A stretch of 64,000 nucleotides of DNA from the human T2T-CHM13v2.0 reference genome, Homo sapiens. Positions 58,321 to 64,000 of this stretch are shown in pieces. The DNA lies in NCBI RefSeq assembly GCF_009914755.1, contig NC_060927.1, one strand, 5' to 3'. The notes under the pieces are model-generated. The model saw only the letters and a program-made list of their open reading frames with translations, was not told where the DNA came from and did no database searches. The translations under genes and the position numbers were made by a program. Each line of letters begins with the position of its first letter. Position 1 is the stretch's first letter.

Positions 58321-58679
58321 AAGGAATAATTAATGAATGGAGATTTATTCTGTGTTTTTGCTGAGTGGTATGTGATTAAATTTCCCTCCACAGTCTTTCC
58401 TAGAAAAGCTTCTATAAGTGTCCCACCATGCTTTTCTGCTTGGAGTCAGTAGCCATTTATTTGTGCAGGGAAAGCAAGGAAGGATAGAGTAAAAGAGGTG
58501 GACAAGATGCAACTCTCATAGGGTTACGCAACCAATTTCTTGGGAACCAACAAGAGACAATAAAATGTTTTCAAGTAAGAATCTGCAATAGAAAAAGTTG
58601 TTAGTGTCCAAGGACTTGCTCTGACAATTCTGTTTTGAGGAACCTGCAATCAACAGACAAGATGCATACAAAAATGGAG

Positions 58680-60520
58680 ATGGTATAAAAGAATAAGGAG
58701 GTCAATTAAATCCTTTTTCCAAAAAACAACTATAAAGTTGGACAAAATTGTCAAAAACAATCATTTTGGGGCTCTAGAAATCAACCAAATAGAAAAAACA
58801 AATGGAGAATCATATATTCGTGAAAGACTGCACAATTTCAGGTAAGAACTGTAGGAGTCTATGGTTTTCTTGCCTATAGCCACCCCCACACCACACCCTA
58901 AGTTGCTCAGTACAGTAGTTTTATCAGACAGAATTAACCATGAAAACTAGTAGCTTTGTTGGTGGAGGATGCTAACTTGATTTAGAACAGAGAATGGAAA
59001 ACCTGTTCCCAATGGCAAAGGAGATAAGCTTACAGCTCTCTGAGGCTGATTGTGGTCCTGATTGGGATGAGTGGTAGATCAAAAGATTAATAAGAACTTT
59101 ATAGGGAGATGAGTTAGCTATTGAAAAGCTTAATAAGCATTCCACAAGTCCCTGATTTTGTGGTAGCCTATGTATTTGTAAAATTGATAACCAAGAGAGC
59201 TCAGTAGAAAGGAAATACTTGAGCAGACTTGAAAAATGCCCAAATTTTGAATGCTTTCCTGAAACTATCACATTACCACCAGCTGAGAGTGGGAGCCTTA
59301 TGGGCTCAAGGTGTTTGAGCACAAGCACCAACCAATCATTGGTTGACCACTAGTCTATATAGATACACACTAAAACATAAAAGTTAAAGAAAAACTGAGA
59401 AAAGACATCACAGGCTGCAAATTGGGGTGACAGTCTGGTTCTGTAGATTAAGTACAGTTAAGTTACTTAAAACAACAATAAATAAAAAAACAAATAAATA
59501 TCACTTGAGGAAAAAATGCTATAAAATGTTATCTAAAATATCCAGTTTTCAATAAAAAATTATAAGAGCTGGAAAACCAGGAGAGTGGGATCTATATTCA
59601 AGGAAAAAAACTAGTCAGTAGAAACTGCTTCTGTGTGGACCCACATGTTGGATTTAACAGAAAAGACTTCAAAGAAGCTATTATAAATATATTCAAGTAA
59701 TTGGGAAAAAAAACATGTTTAAAGAACAATAACAACAAAACATGATGGCCATGACTGAACAAATAGGGAATATTAATAAAGAAATAGAATTTATTAAAAA
59801 GAGCCAAATGAAAATACTAAAGTTGAAAAATACAAGAATCAAAATGAATATTTCACTAGATGGGCTAGTTATTAGTAGAACTGAGATGACAAAAGAATCA
59901 GTGAACTTGAAGATAGATCAATGAAACTGATTCAATATGAAGGATACAAAGAAAAAAACATTAGAGAAAAAATTAAAAACAGTACTACCATATGAACTAG
60001 CAATTCCACTTCTGAGTATATGTCCAAAGGTAATGAAATCAATATGTCAAAGAGATATCTGCACCCCCATGCCCATTATAGCTTTATTCACAATAGCCAA
60101 GACATAGAATCAACCTAAGAGTCCATCAACAGATGAATGAAGAAAATGTGTTATATATACACAGTGGAATTCTGGAAGTATGTATATATGTATGAGTATG
60201 ATCTCACTTATAGGTGGAAAATAAAGTCAAACTCTTAGAAGCAGAGAGTAGAATAGTGGTTACCAGAGGCAGGGAGCAGTGAGAGGATGTGCTATTCTGA
60301 AGATGTTGATTAAAGGTTACATAGTTTCAGTTAGACAAAACAATAAGTTCAGGAGATCTATTGTACAATGTGGTGACTATAATTAATAATAATGTATCAT
60401 ATACTTGAAAATTGCCAAGAGTGTAGATAAGAGAATAGAATCTAGCCACAAATAAAAATAATTACACTCCATGATCAAGTGGAATTTACTATAGGAATGC
60501 AAGGTTGGTTTAACATTAGA
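58680..60520 (+). mobile_element. Mosaic of old L1: L1M 5'/ORF1 region, L1MA 3' end (~59980-60450) and an RT fragment (~60460-60520)
   Basis: ORF1-like EQIGNINKEIEFIKKSQMKILKLKN; AGCAATTCCACTTCTGAGTATATG; CATGATCAAGTGGAATTT...GGAATGCAAGGTTGGTTTAACAT. Confidence 0.75.
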
Positions 60521-60711
60521 GTGCAGTATGGGGTCTGCCACCAGCTTGATTCAGCTTGATGAAAACATTAGCTATCAGTGTTCTTGATGGCAAGCAAGAG
60601 TAACCAGTTCTGATGTACTTAGGCAAAGAAGAAAATCACTGGAGAGATAGGTAACTCACTGAATTAATAGGGCAGAATCAGATACAGGAAACAGGCTCAA
60701 AACCCCAGGGA

Positions 60712-61053
<342 letters not shown>

Positions 61054-61559
61054 TCAAAATTAGGCTACAGGATCAATTTGAGTAGCCTGCTGCTTGTGCC
61101 TCTACTGATGTTAAAACTGACTTAGATCCCCAAGTGCCTAAATTCTGCTGCTGCTTTCGTAAGAGTCAGTATTAACTGTCACATTACTGGCTCCTGAGTC
61201 AAATGCCAGAGAGGGAGCTGTTGACTGGTTGCGATTAGGTCAATGGACTTTGCTCCAGCCATTGCAGCAGTGTGAAGCCATTGAAGAGTGTGAAGACAGA
61301 AATTCTCAAGACTTTGAGCTAAAAACATTGAGGCAACAGAAGCCATGCTTTCAAGTTTGAAAAATGCAAAAGAAAGAAGCATCTTCCCCCACTTATACAC
61401 CAAACAGGCTATTGGAATTATTAGGAAAATAACGGCCATTTTATTTAAAAAGTTGAAAGCATTACACTCTGTGCCCTTCCCTCACCTTCTTCCTTCCAGG
61501 GAAGATTGAGCAATTCTGTGAAATAGCATTTCACCTATATATTTCTAGGGTCACAAAGA

Positions 61560-62420
61560 CAATTTAAACAAAATGGTTTACAAAGATGTACTCTACTCCT
61601 TTGGGGCTAGTTTTGTATGACAATACTCACCACATAAGTTCTTGAGACATTAATGTTTACTGCTTTACTGCTGAAGAGAAGTATGGTGCTGAATTCAATT
61701 TTTGCTATTTTATACTTAGTCTTTTTCCACTTTCCCACTCTCCCCACACCCAGATCCTTTTAGGATTTATACATTATTGAAACAGAAAGTCTTCTAGGAT
61801 GATTAAATTTTTCACTGATAACCCTGAATGGTGGTGACCCCTTTCACAGCTATACACAGAGTGTTTTGTACAGTTTGTTTTGTTTCAGCTATAGAAAGTT
61901 TACTCAATTATCTTTTCCAGGATTACTTCCATTTAAAATATTCTGGCTCTTTCCTTTGGAGTACCTATTAATGATTAGGTACAATTTCCATTCCAAATCT
62001 ATTGAATTGTCTTATTGTCTTTGTCCTTTACTGCTGAGACTGAAAGAACATCTCAACTTCATCTTCTACATCAGTGATTTAATTCTCAATAGTGACTATT
62101 TGTCTCTTTTTTATCCTATATAAAAATTTTAATCCTGCCATTGCAATTTTGATTTTCCTATTATCACTCCTTAGCCCATCAATCTCATTTTCATTCCATT
62201 TTATTTTCATTTCACTTTGATTCCCTTATGGCAGCCTTTTTTGTCATATAGAGGTCATATCTTTTTGTATTCAATTATGGACATCAAGCGTTTTTCTGAT
62301 TTTCCCCTGTTTTTGTGCATAATCATTTTTGGAAGATAGCTCTGAATCTTTAGGGTAATACTTTTTTTCCTTTTTATGCCATATTTCTTCACAGATTCCT
62401 GTTGGATTCCCCCCACCCCA
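61560..62420 (-). mobile_element. Ancient L1/HAL1 ORF1-like relic
   Basis: A-rich minus strand with degenerate ORF1-like motifs (GGTACTCCAAAGG...AAGATAATTGAGTAAACTTTC). Confidence 0.45.
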
Positions 62421-64000
62421 TTCATTCATATAGAAGAATGAGAGTCCATCTAATCTCTTGTTTGTTAACCATGTTTGCACCAACATGGTGCAAGAATTGA
62501 CAATTAATTCATACTTTGTCCTCTTGGTTGCATGTGCTATTCATTAATGAGTGTTTTAAAGGAGGCTATTTTTATGTGTGAAGCAGTCAAAAAAAAAAAC
62601 AACTAACCTAAGAGATAACCTTGGAAAATAATGTCGGGTGTATAGTTCCCATCTTTATTCTCAAGATCTTGCATAAATTCATTGAGTGCAGCTCTGTTGA
62701 TCTGTTGTGATCTTACTCTATTACCACTAGGTAGTATTTTATGAAATACATGAAAAATCTACAATTTCCAGCAAGTACCAGAGGCATGTCCTTTGTCTTC
62801 TCTTGTTATTCCTCTCAGCTTCCTGTCCATTTGATTTCTGGGAGCTTTGGTCTCTTATTAGATGTAACAAAAGAGAGAACGGCCTGGGGTGGGAGGGAGT
62901 GAAAATGAATGGAAGGAAGACAGCACCATGACGACTTCAAAAATAAACACCTGTAGTATAGGGGACATATGTGTGATTTACAAGTAAGTCTAATCTGGTA
63001 TTTTGGAGGGGTCTGACAGATAAAGGCTCTTCCACTTCCTATTAATTAGGCATTACAGTCAGCAGAAAGGTATGCAACATATTAGCTCTAGGTTGACCAT
63101 CAGCCCTAGTTTGGCTTATAGCTCTGGGGTTTCACCATGTATCATGGCTTCCTATGTATTCTAATGGAAAGTGTGAGAGTGTGCATCAAAAGCTGCTAAT
63201 CAGATGCTATTCTAAACCAGAAGCCACAGGGGAAAACTGTAAATGAGCACTCACCCAAATGATGATGAATGTCAAGTTAGTGGAGTCTGAAAGCAGGAGA
63301 TCTTATTTATTGTATAAAAGCAGAAAAATGATCTTTTCTAATTAAACAAGGGTCTCAGCTTCACAGTGTTTATTGTTAGAGAAAAACTAAAATTCGATCT
63401 ATGATGGTGCTTTTAAAATGAAAGAAACCTCATTTTTGATTTGTATTTTACTATGCTGCAGCTCTCCTATAAATTAGAAATGATCATGACACTGTGAGAA
63501 TTTATTAACACCATAAATATGGTGAGATTATTTTATAATAGTGTTACTCAGTTCTCCTCTATAAATGCTTATCTTCAATAATTCTGATTCTCTAGAGGAG
63601 AAAAAGCCTGACTCTAGCACCTCACACTTTAATGAATTTATGGTACATATATTTTTAAGATGGTCAACATTTCTTTCTTTTCCCTATGAAAGCATATAAT
63701 AAAGTCATAAACTGTTCTTAATCACATAGTGTCTTTTTTATAGTCAAATGTTGCATTTCACAGATTAGTGTCCAATTTTCTTTGAACCTTTCATGATTTT
63801 AACAGAAACACCATTTTTAAATGCTTATTTTAAAGTCAGCAGACATAAACAGGTCCTGTGACAGGCAAAAAGACACTTTTTTTCTGGGATTATGTGAAAG
63901 TGACTGGGTTGCACATGCTATTAACATATGAGGTTTTTAAAGGAGGCTCTTTTTTATGTAAGAAGGAGTCTCAAAAAAGTACACAGTACCATTGTGAAAA

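Overview
Primate (very probably human) genomic DNA, repeat-rich and with no intact protein-coding region I can support. Main landmarks: (1) a processed pseudogene of the oocyte linker histone H1-8/H1FOO on the minus strand (~8.40-9.54 kb); (2) a CpG-island promoter (~14.7-15.8 kb) with a minus-strand first exon, so positions 1-15 kb are probably intron 1 of a leftward gene that I cannot identify with confidence (FRMD4B at 3p14 is an unverified guess); (3) a TSD-flanked L1PA element (47.2-50.65 kb) whose first ~184 nt of 5'UTR are fused directly to ORF2; (4) many Alu, MIR, L2, MaLR/ERV LTR and DNA-transposon relics, several of them nested. The best 'system' candidate is the first exon. It has two competing 5' splice sites that would include or skip its only AUG (a 65-codon uORF). 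The uORF stop overlaps an AATAAA and lies 50 nt before the distal donor, and 5.5 kb downstream the same-strand retrocopy supplies a cryptic acceptor and an intact poly(A) signal. All of this is hypothesis from sequence alone. Repeat family names come from recalled consensus sequences, and the boundaries of old repeats are approximate.
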